Shown: positions 1-9,534, counted from the first letter of the stretch. The stretch is 64,000 bases of DNA from Candidatus Woykebacteria bacterium (GCA_040876345.1 JBBDPM010000006.1:264547-328546); one strand, 5' to 3'. The notes: generated by a model from the letters alone, not told the origin. Made by a program: numbers and translations.

Positions 1-60
1 AGCTTCTTTACGCAGTTTCCTAATAGTTCGCCCGAGCTTTACGTCGTCTTTGGTGACCAT
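1..60 (-). CDS. XRE/Cro-family HTH regulator, 5' part (runs off the window)
   Basis: Minus strand from ATG at 60 reads MVTKDDVKLGRTIRKLRKEA, a typical HTH_3 N-terminus (LG..IR.LR). Confidence 0.65.
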   Translation of the reverse strand, partial: MVTKDDVKLGRTIRKLRKEA

Positions 61-158
61 AACATAAGGCTATCAATTGGTGAAGACAATTTTTATAATC
101 TGTGGGTTTATAAATAGCCTCGCTTTTAGCTTTGACTTTTATAAACTGCTAGTTTAAG

Positions 159-398
159 ATGAGTTTGGAGAGTATGAATATGAACAGTTCAGAAAAAGAT
201 TCAAAAGTTACTAAATTTGATTGGTTTATATTAGCTGGTTCTGTTTTGGTGTTCTTGCTTTTTTCTCCAGTCGCTTTGGTAGATTTACTTAACTTAAATG
301 TAAATGCTTCTACAATCGCGGCGCCTATTATGATGGTAATTAGCCTCTGGGTATTTATAAGCAAATTTAGGAAAATATGGATGGCTAAAAAGAAATGA
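159..398 (+). CDS. small two-TM hypothetical membrane protein
   Basis: Two hydrophobic stretches; start may be at a downstream ATG. Confidence 0.5.
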   Translation: MSLESMNMNSSEKDSKVTKFDWFILAGSVLVFLLFSPVALVDLLNLNVNASTIAAPIMMVISLWVFISKFRKIWMAKKK

Positions 399-565
399 AA
401 TTAAGTACGCCTCTACCAGACAAACCCAAAACAAAATCCCAGAAATCGAGCTGGAAACAACAGGACATCCCGAAATGGTTACAGATTTTGTCAGATAATC
501 TAAACAATAATGTCTTGGAAGAAGAGAGAAGGCTTCAGTCAAAGCAAGACTTAAATAAAGGCTAA
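395..565 (+). CDS. hypothetical 56-aa protein (MKLSTPLPDKPK...)
   Basis: ATGA overlap with the upstream stop; open frame to TAA at 563-565; below the ORF-track cutoff. Confidence 0.35.
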   Translation: MKLSTPLPDKPKTKSQKSSWKQQDIPKWLQILSDNLNNNVLEEERRLQSKQDLNKG

Positions 566-675
566 CTGCCTTGAAAACTCAACTTGGCTCAACTATGTAG
601 CCTCAACTCGAGTAGCAAAAGTAGCATTTTATAGTGATAAACATAAAGTTTTTTCAGTTGTTAGCTTCAATCTAA

Positions 676-2838
676 CTATTTTAATTTCGACAACTTCTCC
701 TCAAATTTTTTAATGTATTCTGGGTCATAAAGGGCTTTATCAGCGTCCATGAAGAATTTCGGTCGGAAGGGTAAATAGGGACGGCGCACGTGCCAACCAC
801 GCCCTGTTAAACCCTCCGGGTAAGGATTACGGTAGCCATATATTCCGTCCCGAATAGTTTCACTTGGCTGTTCTTTTAACTCTTTTAGAACGGTTACCAG
901 CAGCTTACTCTTTGGAGCGAACTTTAAGAGCCAAACACCATTCAATCTTAAGTGCCTGTATAGCTCAGACAAAGGATTCACTATTTCCGGTTTTGGATAC
1001 TTCTTCCCCTCGTGCAAAGCAAGCCTATCTTTCTTTTTAGTGTCTATAATTTCCACTAAATGCTCTATCCAGTTCTGCAAAATTGAAAGGGCTCTATCGT
1101 TATCTTTAAGTTGGAAAAAACCTAAACCAATTAGTGATGTAAACGTGTCTAAATAATCATGGTCAAAGATATGCTTTCTTTCTTCATACTTGAAAGACAT
1201 AGAAATTGCATTTGTGAAGGGATATTCGAAATGCTTTTCAAGCAGATTAATTAGCTCTTCCTTTAATCTCTGGTCTTTTGTCATTTTGACAAGCCCAAGA
1301 ACAGACATGCCTATCATGTAAACATGTTCAAGCATTTCTTTCACGTCGATATACAGTCCTTTATTCATAGCAGCCATTACGTTTTGGTTTAAGTCCACAA
1401 GAAAGTCTTCCAAAGCCTCTAGCACGTAAGAATAAACTCGCTTGTCCTTTCTAGGTTGCTGTAGAGCTCTTACAAAAACTGAGGCTATTCCGTGTTGCTC
1501 AACGGAAAATGGTCCGAAAAAGGGTTTAATATTTGAACGCAATGTGTATTGATATTTCTCGTCGTCTTCCAAGTAAGTTTTTATGTTTTTGTCTATCTCT
1601 TCCAGAGTGGTTTTAATTGCCAACTTTGGGTTAAATTTACTCATTTCTTCCATTCTGATAAATAAGTAATCCAAAACTGCCGCTAGTCCCCAATTGGCTT
1701 TGCCTGCTACAAAATCTGTGAACGAAAGGTGCAGCTTAGTAGTAAGCCTTCCAATTTCACCGATTTTATCAACGACAATTGGAACTGTGTTTGGAAAGCC
1801 TCTGTCTACAGCTTCTTTTGCTATATCAACCAAATATTCAATCGTGGACATTGGTGCATAAGAAGTTTCTTTAAGCAATTCTTGGCTTATGCAGATGTCT
1901 CTTAAAATATTTACAAAACCAAGCGGAATGAAATTTTCGCCAGCAAAAGTTCTAACTGGAGAAATTTTTAAGGAGTCAATAGCAATATCTCTGGCTGTCC
2001 TAGCAACGGCTAAAGTAATCTTTGGGTGTGTATCTTTTCCGATTAAATTTTTCACGTCGATTAGTTTTTCTCTTACGTAAGTAATAAGTGCGTCATCTTC
2101 ACTTGTATAATCCTTTCTCGCAATTATGTACGCATTAACCAAACCAACTAGGTCGTGCAATCCAGATTCAACCACTTCGAACCTGTTGTCCAAAACAGCT
2201 CTTTGTATGACATCAATTGGAAGGTCTATTTCTGACTTTAACCAGTCGGTTACAGAATCTTCCACCTGAAATTTTCTTAAAACTTGTTCCACGTTTGCGG
2301 TTAACGGTTCCTTCATTTGTTTCTGAAACCGCTCTATTTCCTCTTTTCTCCTCGATTCACTTTTAGTCAATTTGGTTTTTATTAGTCTCTTTGCCCCATT
2401 AAACATGTCTTTGACCTGATTTCGAGCGTCCAGTTTATAAAACGTGTGCACCAGAAGAAGTGCAAGAATTAAGACGGCCTCTATGTCGAGACCAAAGCTA
2501 ATCCAAACCAACTCTCGATTGGTTCCAAATGATAGAAGTGCTGCGTTAAAAACGAAAATAAACCCTAGAGATATAAATGCCGAAATAAAGATAGCGTCAC
2601 CAGTCAATCGTTTTATTAAATCTTGAGAGTAACGACTTAAAATATTTTGAAGAGGAATTGAAATAAGAGTAAAAAATATAGCCAATACCGTACCAGCAAA
2701 CGCTGTGCCAGCAACAAGTATTTCTGTATGGTTATCGTTGTTACCGATTAGTTCTAAGAGGTTACTATTTATCTGCTCAAGAAAATTTATTAGCTCCATA
2801 AAACAAAACTGCTCAGCAGCAGTAATTATAGCTGCCAT
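676..2838 (-). CDS. large hypothetical protein with three N-terminal TM helices and a helical cytoplasmic region (DUF2254-like architecture)
   Basis: 720-aa ORF; hydrophobic segments at about aa 40-135; likely start ATG 2799 (MELINF). Confidence 0.75.
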   Translation of the reverse strand: MAAIITAAEQFCFMELINFLEQINSNLLELIGNNDNHTEILVAGTAFAGTVLAIFFTLISIPLQNILSRYSQDLIKRLTGDAIFISAFISLGFIFVFNAALLSFGTNRELVWISFGLDIEAVLILALLLVHTFYKLDARNQVKDMFNGAKRLIKTKLTKSESRRKEEIERFQKQMKEPLTANVEQVLRKFQVEDSVTDWLKSEIDLPIDVIQRAVLDNRFEVVESGLHDLVGLVNAYIIARKDYTSEDDALITYVREKLIDVKNLIGKDTHPKITLAVARTARDIAIDSLKISPVRTFAGENFIPLGFVNILRDICISQELLKETSYAPMSTIEYLVDIAKEAVDRGFPNTVPIVVDKIGEIGRLTTKLHLSFTDFVAGKANWGLAAVLDYLFIRMEEMSKFNPKLAIKTTLEEIDKNIKTYLEDDEKYQYTLRSNIKPFFGPFSVEQHGIASVFVRALQQPRKDKRVYSYVLEALEDFLVDLNQNVMAAMNKGLYIDVKEMLEHVYMIGMSVLGLVKMTKDQRLKEELINLLEKHFEYPFTNAISMSFKYEERKHIFDHDYLDTFTSLIGLGFFQLKDNDRALSILQNWIEHLVEIIDTKKKDRLALHEGKKYPKPEIVNPLSELYRHLRLNGVWLLKFAPKSKLLVTVLKELKEQPSETIRDGIYGYRNPYPEGLTGRGWHVRRPYLPFRPKFFMDADKALYDPEYIKKFEEKLSKLK

Positions 2839-2867
2839 TCTAGCATTTTTGGTGTGAGATACAAAAC
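2828..2867. repeat. 40-bp direct repeat A, copy 1 (minus-strand promoter TTGTAT-16-TAGAAT with extended TG)
   Basis: ATAGCTGCCATTCTAGCATTTTTGGTGTGAGATACAAAAC; one mismatch to 9495-9534. Confidence 0.9.
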
Positions 2868-2875
2868 TTTTCCAC

Positions 2876-2919
2876 TTGACATATACTCTAATATGGTTTA
2901 ATATCTGAACATATATTCA
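2876..2919 (+). promoter_or_regulatory. promoter and ArsR/SmtB operator of the mer cluster
   Basis: TTGACA at 2876, TG-N-TTTAAT at 2894-2902, and TGAA-N6-TTCA inverted repeat at 2906-2919, the typical SmtB/ArsR box core. Confidence 0.65.
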
Positions 2920-2925
2920 TATACT

Positions 2926-3234
2926 ATGGCTAAAAATCTTACTGAGTTAAAAACAGAGCTCAAAGACAGGGAAAGATTAGAACAGTGTGCTCGGCAATTC
3001 GGTGTGGTGGGTGACCTTACTCGCCTAAAAATCTGCTATACCCTTTGCCACTACCCAGAGCTTTCGGTAAATGAAATATCTAAGGCGGTCGGTGTGTCTC
3101 CGTCAGCTGTATCTCATGCCTTAGCAAAGCTATTTGATATACAACTTGTCAAGAAGAGGAAAGAAGCCCAAACAGTTTATTACTCGCTGAAAAGCAACAA
3201 GTTCACAAATAATTTGAAGGATTTAATTGTATAG
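2926..3234 (+). CDS. ArsR/SmtB-family metal-responsive repressor
   Basis: GDLTRLKI...LSVNEI...VSPSAVSHAL..L....LV...K....VYYSL winged HTH; several Cys. Confidence 0.9.
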   Translation: MAKNLTELKTELKDRERLEQCARQFGVVGDLTRLKICYTLCHYPELSVNEISKAVGVSPSAVSHALAKLFDIQLVKKRKEAQTVYYSLKSNKFTNNLKDLIV

Positions 3235-3640
3235 AATAGATATGAGAAGCATTGTCAGGAACCTACAAACTATTCTTTTACCTATACTGGGAGCGGGAGC
3301 AGTCGGAGCTTGCCCACTCTGCTGGATAGGTTCTGCTTCGCTTTTAACCTACCTGGGCCTCGGAGCCCTTATCCCAATTTGGAGACAATTAGCTTTTGCT
3401 ACGCTGGCTATAGCGGGGATAGGCTTTCTCTTGGATTTTCGTAGTCACAAAAATATTATACCTTTAGTACTTATCGTCGTAGGCGGGGGCCTTTTGTACT
3501 TAGGACGTTATGTTTATGGAGGAGTAGATTTTACTGGCTGGCCTATCTGGGGATTAGGAGGTGTTCTTGTCGTTGCCGCTGTAATTTATAATAAACGTCT
3601 TTTTAAAAAACAAAAGGAGCACGGTCATGCAACAATTTGA
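3227..3640 (+). CDS. MerC-like mercury transport membrane protein
   Basis: Four TM helices with GACPLCW in TM1; directly upstream of merA. Confidence 0.7.
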   Translation: MYRIDMRSIVRNLQTILLPILGAGAVGACPLCWIGSASLLTYLGLGALIPIWRQLAFATLAIAGIGFLLDFRSHKNIIPLVLIVVGGGLLYLGRYVYGGVDFTGWPIWGLGGVLVVAAVIYNKRLFKKQKEHGHATI

Positions 3641-5027
3641 TTTAATAGTTCTCGGTGGTGGAGCGGGAGCCTTTGCTGCTGCCATTGCTGCCAATGAGGC
3701 AGGTACGAAGGTAGCGATGGTCAACGCGGGGCTTCCCCTTGGTGGCACTTGTGTCAATGTTGGCTGTGTTCCTAGTAAAACCCTCCTAAAAATTGGTGAG
3801 ATTGCTTATTACGGCAATCACGGCTTTGACGCTATTTCGGGAAAGCTAGAAGTAAATTTTGAAAAAGCGATTGAACATGAGTTAAATATAGTCGAGAAAA
3901 TGAGGCACGATAAATATTCAGAAGTTCTCTCTAATCTCGAAAATGTCACGCACTTTGAAGGAAAGGCAAAATTTGTTTCCAAAAATGAAATTGAGGTAAA
4001 CGGTCAGCGACTTTGCGGAGACAAGTTTGTAATAGCCACAGGTTCCACAGCTTTACCGACTCCCTTAGAAGGTTTAGACAAAGTTGATTACATCACCCAC
4101 ATAGACGCTCTTAAACTTAAAAAACTCCCCAAATCGATGGTGATTATTGGTGCAGGCCCGCTTGGACTAGAGTTTGGGCAGATGTACCATCATTTTGGAA
4201 CAAAGGTCACAATTCTCCAAAGAGGCCCTACAGTGATGGCGAGGACAGAACCAGAGTTATCAGAAGCACTACAAAAATACCTTGAAGATGAAGGAGTTAG
4301 CATTTTCACCAACGCCAACAGTAAAAAGGTAAGGAAGGAAAACGGAGAAAAAGTTGTAACTTTTGAGGTCGATGGTAGGGAGATGGAAGCTAAAGGTGAA
4401 ATTCTAATGTTTGCGGCAGGAAAGACACCAAACACTAAAGAGCTTGATTTAGACAAAGTTGGAGTTGAAGTAAATCAAAAAGGAGCAATTAAGGTGGGAG
4501 ATAACCTGCAAACTACCGCACCACATGTTTGGGCGGTTGGAGATGTAGTTGATAGACCTTTAAGACTCGAAACCACTGCTGGTAAGGAAGGCAAAATTGC
4601 TACCGAAAACGCTCTTGGCGGAAAGAAAAGAAAAATGGATTACTCCGCCGTTCCTTATGCGGTCTTTACTACTCCAAACCTTGCAGGTGTTGGTAAAACA
4701 GATGCAGAGGCTGTTAGCGGAGGTTCAAGATGCACCTGTAATACTTTAGGTTTTGATATGGTTCCCAAAGCAGCGATTATCAACGATACGAGAGGTTTAA
4801 TAAAGATTGTGGCAGAAAGAGAAAGCCACAAAATTATTGGTATTCATATCCTTGGACCAGAGGCTGCCGACCTTATCCACGAAGCGACAATGATTGTACG
4901 AAATAAAATGACGCTGGAAGACGTGATAGATACAGTACATGTATTCCCGACTCTAAGTGAAGTAATAAAACTGGCAGCCCAAAACTTCTTTAGAGACGTA
5001 TCCAAACTTTCTTGTTGTGTGGAGTAA
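3627..5027 (+). CDS. merA: mercury(II) reductase, lacking an N-terminal NmerA domain
   Basis: GGGAGA FAD site, GGTCVNVGCVPSK redox disulfide, HVFPTLSE, C-terminal vicinal LSCC. Confidence 0.93.
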   Translation: MQQFDLIVLGGGAGAFAAAIAANEAGTKVAMVNAGLPLGGTCVNVGCVPSKTLLKIGEIAYYGNHGFDAISGKLEVNFEKAIEHELNIVEKMRHDKYSEVLSNLENVTHFEGKAKFVSKNEIEVNGQRLCGDKFVIATGSTALPTPLEGLDKVDYITHIDALKLKKLPKSMVIIGAGPLGLEFGQMYHHFGTKVTILQRGPTVMARTEPELSEALQKYLEDEGVSIFTNANSKKVRKENGEKVVTFEVDGREMEAKGEILMFAAGKTPNTKELDLDKVGVEVNQKGAIKVGDNLQTTAPHVWAVGDVVDRPLRLETTAGKEGKIATENALGGKKRKMDYSAVPYAVFTTPNLAGVGKTDAEAVSGGSRCTCNTLGFDMVPKAAIINDTRGLIKIVAERESHKIIGIHILGPEAADLIHEATMIVRNKMTLEDVIDTVHVFPTLSEVIKLAAQNFFRDVSKLSCCVE

Positions 5028-5034
5028 TTTAAGT

Positions 5035-5262
5035 ATGGAGCAAGACACAAAAAAAGAAATCTCCAAATCCGTATTTGGAGCAGGCCTTATAGCGTTTGCA
5101 CTTTGCTGTGGCCCAATTCTTTTAGTGCTTTTAGCCTTTTCAGGCGTAGGTGGGTTTCTTGGACTTATCACTGGTTTTCTAACTAAGAACATTTATTTCG
5201 TTATTTTTGGTTTAATCTCACTAGGAGTAGCTGGCTGGGTTATTTACAACCGTAGAAGTTGA
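5035..5262 (+). CDS. MerF/MerT-like small mercury transporter
   Basis: ALCC pair in TM1, two TM regions; ATG 5035. Confidence 0.6.
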   Translation: MEQDTKKEISKSVFGAGLIAFALCCGPILLVLLAFSGVGGFLGLITGFLTKNIYFVIFGLISLGVAGWVIYNRRS

Positions 5263-5306
5263 GAAATCTTTACTTGTCTGTAAGTTTTGAAGGGAGGTGA
5301 AGCTAG

Positions 5307-5576
5307 ATGAAAAGGTTTTTGGTAGGAGTTGCCGCCAGTGCGGCGATGTTTGCAAGTTTAGCCACGCCAGTTTTTGCAAACCCATCTTCAGCACCTGGTG
5401 CTGGGGATGCTACTGATATAGCCAATGTAGCTACAGGCGAAAATCCGCCTCTTGGAGCTAGTGGCACAGGCGGACTACTGAACAACGAGGCTGGCAATCC
5501 AGCTATTGGTTCAGTATTTGCCAAAATCATTGAGCACAACCCACTGTGTGACATACACGATGATAGCACTCACTAG
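5307..5576 (+). CDS. small secreted protein with a His/Cys-containing tail
   Basis: GGAGGTG SD, Sec signal peptide (..TPVFA), C-terminus EHNPLCDIHDDSTH. Confidence 0.6.
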   Translation: MKRFLVGVAASAAMFASLATPVFANPSSAPGAGDATDIANVATGENPPLGASGTGGLLNNEAGNPAIGSVFAKIIEHNPLCDIHDDSTH

Positions 5577-5622
5577 CGATTGTGGCTCACCTGCCCTCTG
5601 CCCTGCCTTCGGTTAAATAAAC

Positions 5623-6168
5623 ATGAGGAATGCATTTTTGATAATGGTAAGCGTCTCTATAGTCATAGCGATTGTCGGTGCCATTGCCCTATCTAGTAAT
5701 CAACCAGGATTAACTGGTTCAAACAGTGCAAGCAATTCTGGTACGGAGGTCGGTAATCGAACACCAGATTTTACTTTGACAGACATTGAAAAGAGAAAAA
5801 TCTCTCTTGATGGACTTACGGGCAAACCCGCAATTATTTGGTTTACGGCAAGCTACTGTGTGCCTTGTCAAATCGGTGCGAAAGAAGTCAGGAGACTCGA
5901 TGAAGACCTCGGTGGAGATAAATTTAATGTCTTAATGGTCTTTATCGACCCACGGGAGACCGAAAAGGATTTAAGAGATTGGCAAGACTCTTTCGGTAGT
6001 AAAGATTGGCTCATTGCTTTTGCGAACAAAGAAATTACAGATAGTTACGAGATTAGATTTTTAGACACCCAATATCTTTTGGACAAAGAGGGGATTATTC
6101 GAAACTTAGCCAACAGCCCAGTTGGTTACGAAGCTTATAAAAGTAAAATTGAGGAGCTCCTGCAATAA
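5623..6168 (+). CDS. membrane-anchored TlpA/AhpC-TSA thioredoxin-fold protein
   Basis: N-terminal TM, VG..TPDFTL, FTASYCVPC (CxxC). Confidence 0.85.
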   Translation: MRNAFLIMVSVSIVIAIVGAIALSSNQPGLTGSNSASNSGTEVGNRTPDFTLTDIEKRKISLDGLTGKPAIIWFTASYCVPCQIGAKEVRRLDEDLGGDKFNVLMVFIDPRETEKDLRDWQDSFGSKDWLIAFANKEITDSYEIRFLDTQYLLDKEGIIRNLANSPVGYEAYKSKIEELLQ

Positions 6169-6599
6169 TGATAATTGCTAAAGCGTGGACAAACAAACTT
6201 TCTGCTTCTTTTGGACTTTTCGTCCTATTGGTATCTTTACTTTGGCCAGCTATTCCCCTACGAAGCTTAGATATTTGGCTGGCCACTTTAACTGGAAGAT
6301 TCCCCACTAACCTTTTCTATCCTATTTTGGCAATTCTTGTTGGTAGCTTTGTAGCAATTTATGTGTACAACAAATATGTACATACTTGTTGCCCAGTAGG
6401 AAGCGGCAAAAGTGGTGGGGCAGCCTCTTTATTTGGCGTTTTACTCGGGGCCTGCCCTGCTTGCATTCCCGCCTTGGGTTTCTTTCTACCACTTGGTGTG
6501 ACAGTAACCCTAGGCTATTTTAGTTGGGTGTTTTTACTCGGCTCGGTAGCTCTTTTAACTTTTTCTATTTATCGTATGAATGGGTTTAAAAGTTTATGA
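6168..6599 (+). CDS. Cys-rich membrane protein, possible metal transporter
   Basis: Four hydrophobic segments; TCCP and GACPAC motifs. Confidence 0.65.
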   Translation: MIIAKAWTNKLSASFGLFVLLVSLLWPAIPLRSLDIWLATLTGRFPTNLFYPILAILVGSFVAIYVYNKYVHTCCPVGSGKSGGAASLFGVLLGACPACIPALGFFLPLGVTVTLGYFSWVFLLGSVALLTFSIYRMNGFKSL

Positions 6600-7060
6600 A
6601 ATCGCACACCGCTTTTAATTATTCAAAAATTACTGACCAAATCTTTATCGGTACAAATCAGTGCTGCAAACTCCATTTTGATGAAAAATTACTAAGTCAA
6701 GGTATAACTGCTGATATTTCACTTGAGGACGAAAGTCTGGACACACCTTACGGAGTTAATTATTTCCTTTGGCTTCCAACCAAAAATCACCACGCTCCTA
6801 GCGAGCAGCAGCTACTCCTTGGAGCAGTCACTATCGATTTGCTAACAGAGCTTGGTAGCAAAGTTTACGTTCACTGTCAAAACGGCCACGGCAGAGCCCC
6901 TACTTTGGTAGCAGCTTACTTTATCAGTCAAGGAGGGAGTGTAAAAGAAGCGATAAATCTTATTAAGACTAAAAGACCTGAAATTCATTTAACTAAAGAG
7001 CAGCTTCACGCTTTGGAACATTTTGAAAAATCCGAAATTGAAAAGGAGCCTTGTTGCTGA
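6596..7060 (+). CDS. dual-specificity protein phosphatase family protein
   Basis: VYVHCQNGHGRAPT (HCx5R); QCC and C-terminal PCC. Confidence 0.88.
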   Translation: MKSHTAFNYSKITDQIFIGTNQCCKLHFDEKLLSQGITADISLEDESLDTPYGVNYFLWLPTKNHHAPSEQQLLLGAVTIDLLTELGSKVYVHCQNGHGRAPTLVAAYFISQGGSVKEAINLIKTKRPEIHLTKEQLHALEHFEKSEIEKEPCC

Positions 7061-7064
7061 AGCC

Positions 7065-8231
7065 ATGCATATAAATTCATTTGGTGACCAATATGGGCCA
7101 GAAATGGTAATAGAAGTCTATGAGCCCAAAGTGGGGTTGAAAGGAATGTTGGTTATAGACAATACCACCTTAGGCCCAAGTAAGGGCGGGGTAAGAATCA
7201 CACCGAGTGTTACGGTTCAAGAGGTATTTAAATTAGCGAGGGTAATGACTTGGAAGACAGCTTTAGCCAAGCTTCCTTTTGGCGGTGCTAAGGCAGGAAT
7301 TGTTGCAAATCTAAAAAATTTAACCAGAGAGCAAAAGAAAAAGCTAATTCAGGAGTTTGCCAAGGCAATAAAGCCTTTCTCTCCAAGTAAATATATCGCT
7401 GGACCAGATATTGGAACAGGTGAGGAAGAAATGGATTGGTATACGCAGGCAAATGGTGATTGGCACTCGGCTACTGGTAAGCCAGCCGAAGTTTGTATGA
7501 AGTTTTTTGGCAAACCAGGGGAAAAGTGCGGGATTCCTCACGAGTATGGTAGTACTGGCTTTGGGGTTGCTTGTGCGGCAGAAGCGGCAGCAAAACACTT
7601 AGGTTTAGACTTAAAAGATTTAACCCTGGCGATAGAAGGTTTTGGTAATGTGGGCAGCTTCGCATTTAAACATTTAGATGAGTTAGGAGCAAGCGTGGTA
7701 GCAGTAGCGGACAGCAAAGGAACAGTTTATAACCCACACGGACTTGATTTTAATAGCATTCAAGCTATCAAAAGAGAAGCCGGCACCGTAACAGCTTACA
7801 AGAGAGGGAAAATTTTGTCCCACAAGGATATATTTACTCTGCCAGTAGATATCATTATTCCCGCTTCTCTTCCAGAAGTAATTAATGATAAGAACGCAGA
7901 AAAGGTTAGAGCCAGAATAATTATTGAGGCAGCTAACCTACCAGTAAGTGAGACAGCTGAAAAAATTCTTGCCAAAAAAGGAGTACTGATAGTTCCCGAT
8001 TTGATAGCGAACGCTGGTGGTGTGATTTCCTCCTATTCGGAGTATATTGGAGAAAATCCTAAGGACATGTTCAGGGAGGTAGAAAAAAGAATTACAGAAA
8101 ATGTTAGGTTTATTCTTGAGCATGCCAAAGACAAAAATTTAACACCGAGAGAAGCAGCTCTGGGAATAGTGAAAGCCCGAATAGCAAGGGGCTTTGCTAA
8201 AAATGTTAATTCTACCTTAGCCCAAAGGTAA
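7065..8231 (+). CDS. Glu/Leu/Phe/Val dehydrogenase
   Basis: GPSKGGVR, MTWK, GGAKAG, GPDIGT, EGFGNVG, PDLIANAGGV; ATG 7065 preferred over TTG 7023. Confidence 0.9.
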   Translation: MHINSFGDQYGPEMVIEVYEPKVGLKGMLVIDNTTLGPSKGGVRITPSVTVQEVFKLARVMTWKTALAKLPFGGAKAGIVANLKNLTREQKKKLIQEFAKAIKPFSPSKYIAGPDIGTGEEEMDWYTQANGDWHSATGKPAEVCMKFFGKPGEKCGIPHEYGSTGFGVACAAEAAAKHLGLDLKDLTLAIEGFGNVGSFAFKHLDELGASVVAVADSKGTVYNPHGLDFNSIQAIKREAGTVTAYKRGKILSHKDIFTLPVDIIIPASLPEVINDKNAEKVRARIIIEAANLPVSETAEKILAKKGVLIVPDLIANAGGVISSYSEYIGENPKDMFREVEKRITENVRFILEHAKDKNLTPREAALGIVKARIARGFAKNVNSTLAQR

Positions 8232-8233
8232 TT

Positions 8234-8437
8234 ATGGAAGCTTTGGGTTTTACTTTGGATGTTATCGGTAAGCTACCTGTTGCCTATACAGCAATTCGAA
8301 TCCACTACCGATTCTGGAAAGAACATAAAATTAACAATAGAGTCTTTTCGGAAATGCGGAAAGAACAGATTATTGGGCTGGCTGGAATTGGACTGATTAT
8401 TTTAGGGTACTTCCTACAATTGCCATCAAAGCTATAA
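8234..8437 (+). CDS. small two-TM membrane protein
   Basis: Follows gdh by 2 nt; two hydrophobic segments. Confidence 0.55.
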   Translation: MEALGFTLDVIGKLPVAYTAIRIHYRFWKEHKINNRVFSEMRKEQIIGLAGIGLIILGYFLQLPSKL

Positions 8438-8457
8438 ATAGAGACTTATTAGATAGT

Positions 8458-8554
8458 GTTATAATTCAGAAACCGACCTATGTTGGACATACTGAAATCA
8501 AACGAATTTAAAGTCGGCCAGAGGTTCCTGATATCGTCCAACAAGGCCGACCAA
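8458..8554. repeat. about 97-bp direct repeat B, copy 1 (candidate att site or recombinase C-terminal tail)
   Basis: Core GTCGGCCAGAGGTTCCTGATATCGTCCAACAAGGCCGACCA (8513-8553) matches 11522-11562 with one mismatch; minus strand reads WSALLDDIRNLWPTLNSFDF... Confidence 0.9.
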
Positions 8555-8632
8555 TTCATTTCGTGCCTGAGTTACTATATCAAATACTATCAGGGCTGAG
8601 AAGAATCGGACTTCTTAGCCTCCTACCATCAT

Positions 8633-9496
8633 TTAAACACTAAAAACTGAAAGTAAGACTATACCAACTAACGTCGTCACAATTCCTAAAATTTGTTGCT
8701 TGTTAATCGCATCTTTGAAAACAAAATAAGCAACAACAGCAAACAAGGTTGGGTAAGAAGCGGAGATGGGTGTTACGATTGAAACATTCCCGCCAAGTCC
8801 CACTGCATAGTTAAAGGCTAGTAATCCACCACCGAGAAAAATGGCGTTAAAGATTAACGGGTATTTTGTCTGTTTAAAATCTTTTAAATCGATTTTGATA
8901 TTTTTGATTTTTAAGACAATCAGGATAGAAGGATAAGCTAAAGCAGCAATTAAATTTGGCCAAGCTGGCCCAATTATATCTATTGGGATTTTTATAAAAG
9001 TGTAATAAACACCCCAAACAATCATCGTCATTATTGCCAGAACCGCTCCAGCATCTAACTTAAACTTCCCATCTTTGACATCTCTGAAATTTATACTGGA
9101 TATGATGACACCAAGTAAAATAATCAAGATTGCTATTACTTGTTGAGTAGTCATACCTTCCCTTAGAAAAACAATTGATAGTATAACTACAAGTGCTGGA
9201 TATGAAGCAGAAATAGTTGTTACCAACGAAGCATTTCCAAGACGCAGGGCTTCGTAAAACAGAATCAAGCTTAGACCGCCAATAATTCCTAAAAACAAAT
9301 TCAGAAGAAACAAAGTTGGCGTTAAATTCTGAAGGCCATTCGGAAACAACAAACAAAACAAGCCATAGATTGGAATTAGAAATAGAAGAAGCCAAAAAGT
9401 TGTTTTATACGGTCCGATTTTTCTGGTAGCAATAGTACCAAATACGTTACTGCCCCAGATTATATACGCAATAATCGCAAAGAAAATCGGCTGCAT
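8633..9496 (-). CDS. EamA/DMT-family transporter
   Basis: About 10 TM helices with an internal duplication (ISASYP..., FLRE/FKD); leaderless ATG 9496 lies 7 nt after TAGAAT. Confidence 0.9.
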   Translation of the reverse strand: MQPIFFAIIAYIIWGSNVFGTIATRKIGPYKTTFWLLLFLIPIYGLFCLLFPNGLQNLTPTLFLLNLFLGIIGGLSLILFYEALRLGNASLVTTISASYPALVVILSIVFLREGMTTQQVIAILIILLGVIISSINFRDVKDGKFKLDAGAVLAIMTMIVWGVYYTFIKIPIDIIGPAWPNLIAALAYPSILIVLKIKNIKIDLKDFKQTKYPLIFNAIFLGGGLLAFNYAVGLGGNVSIVTPISASYPTLFAVVAYFVFKDAINKQQILGIVTTLVGIVLLSVFSV

Positions 9497-9534
9497 AGCT
9501 GCCATTCTAGCATTTTTGGTGTAAGATACAAAAC
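9495..9534. repeat. 40-bp direct repeat A, copy 2
   Basis: One mismatch to 2828-2867. Confidence 0.9.

Noticed and set aside
3627-5027. Dihydrolipoamide dehydrogenase
   Set aside because: The C-terminal CC pair, the absence of the HPTxxE motif (FPTLSE here) and flanking Cys-pair transporters indicate MerA.
8513-8553. tRNA gene or CRISPR repeat
   Set aside because: Only 41 nt with no D or anticodon arms; two copies 3 kb apart, no spacer array and no cas genes.
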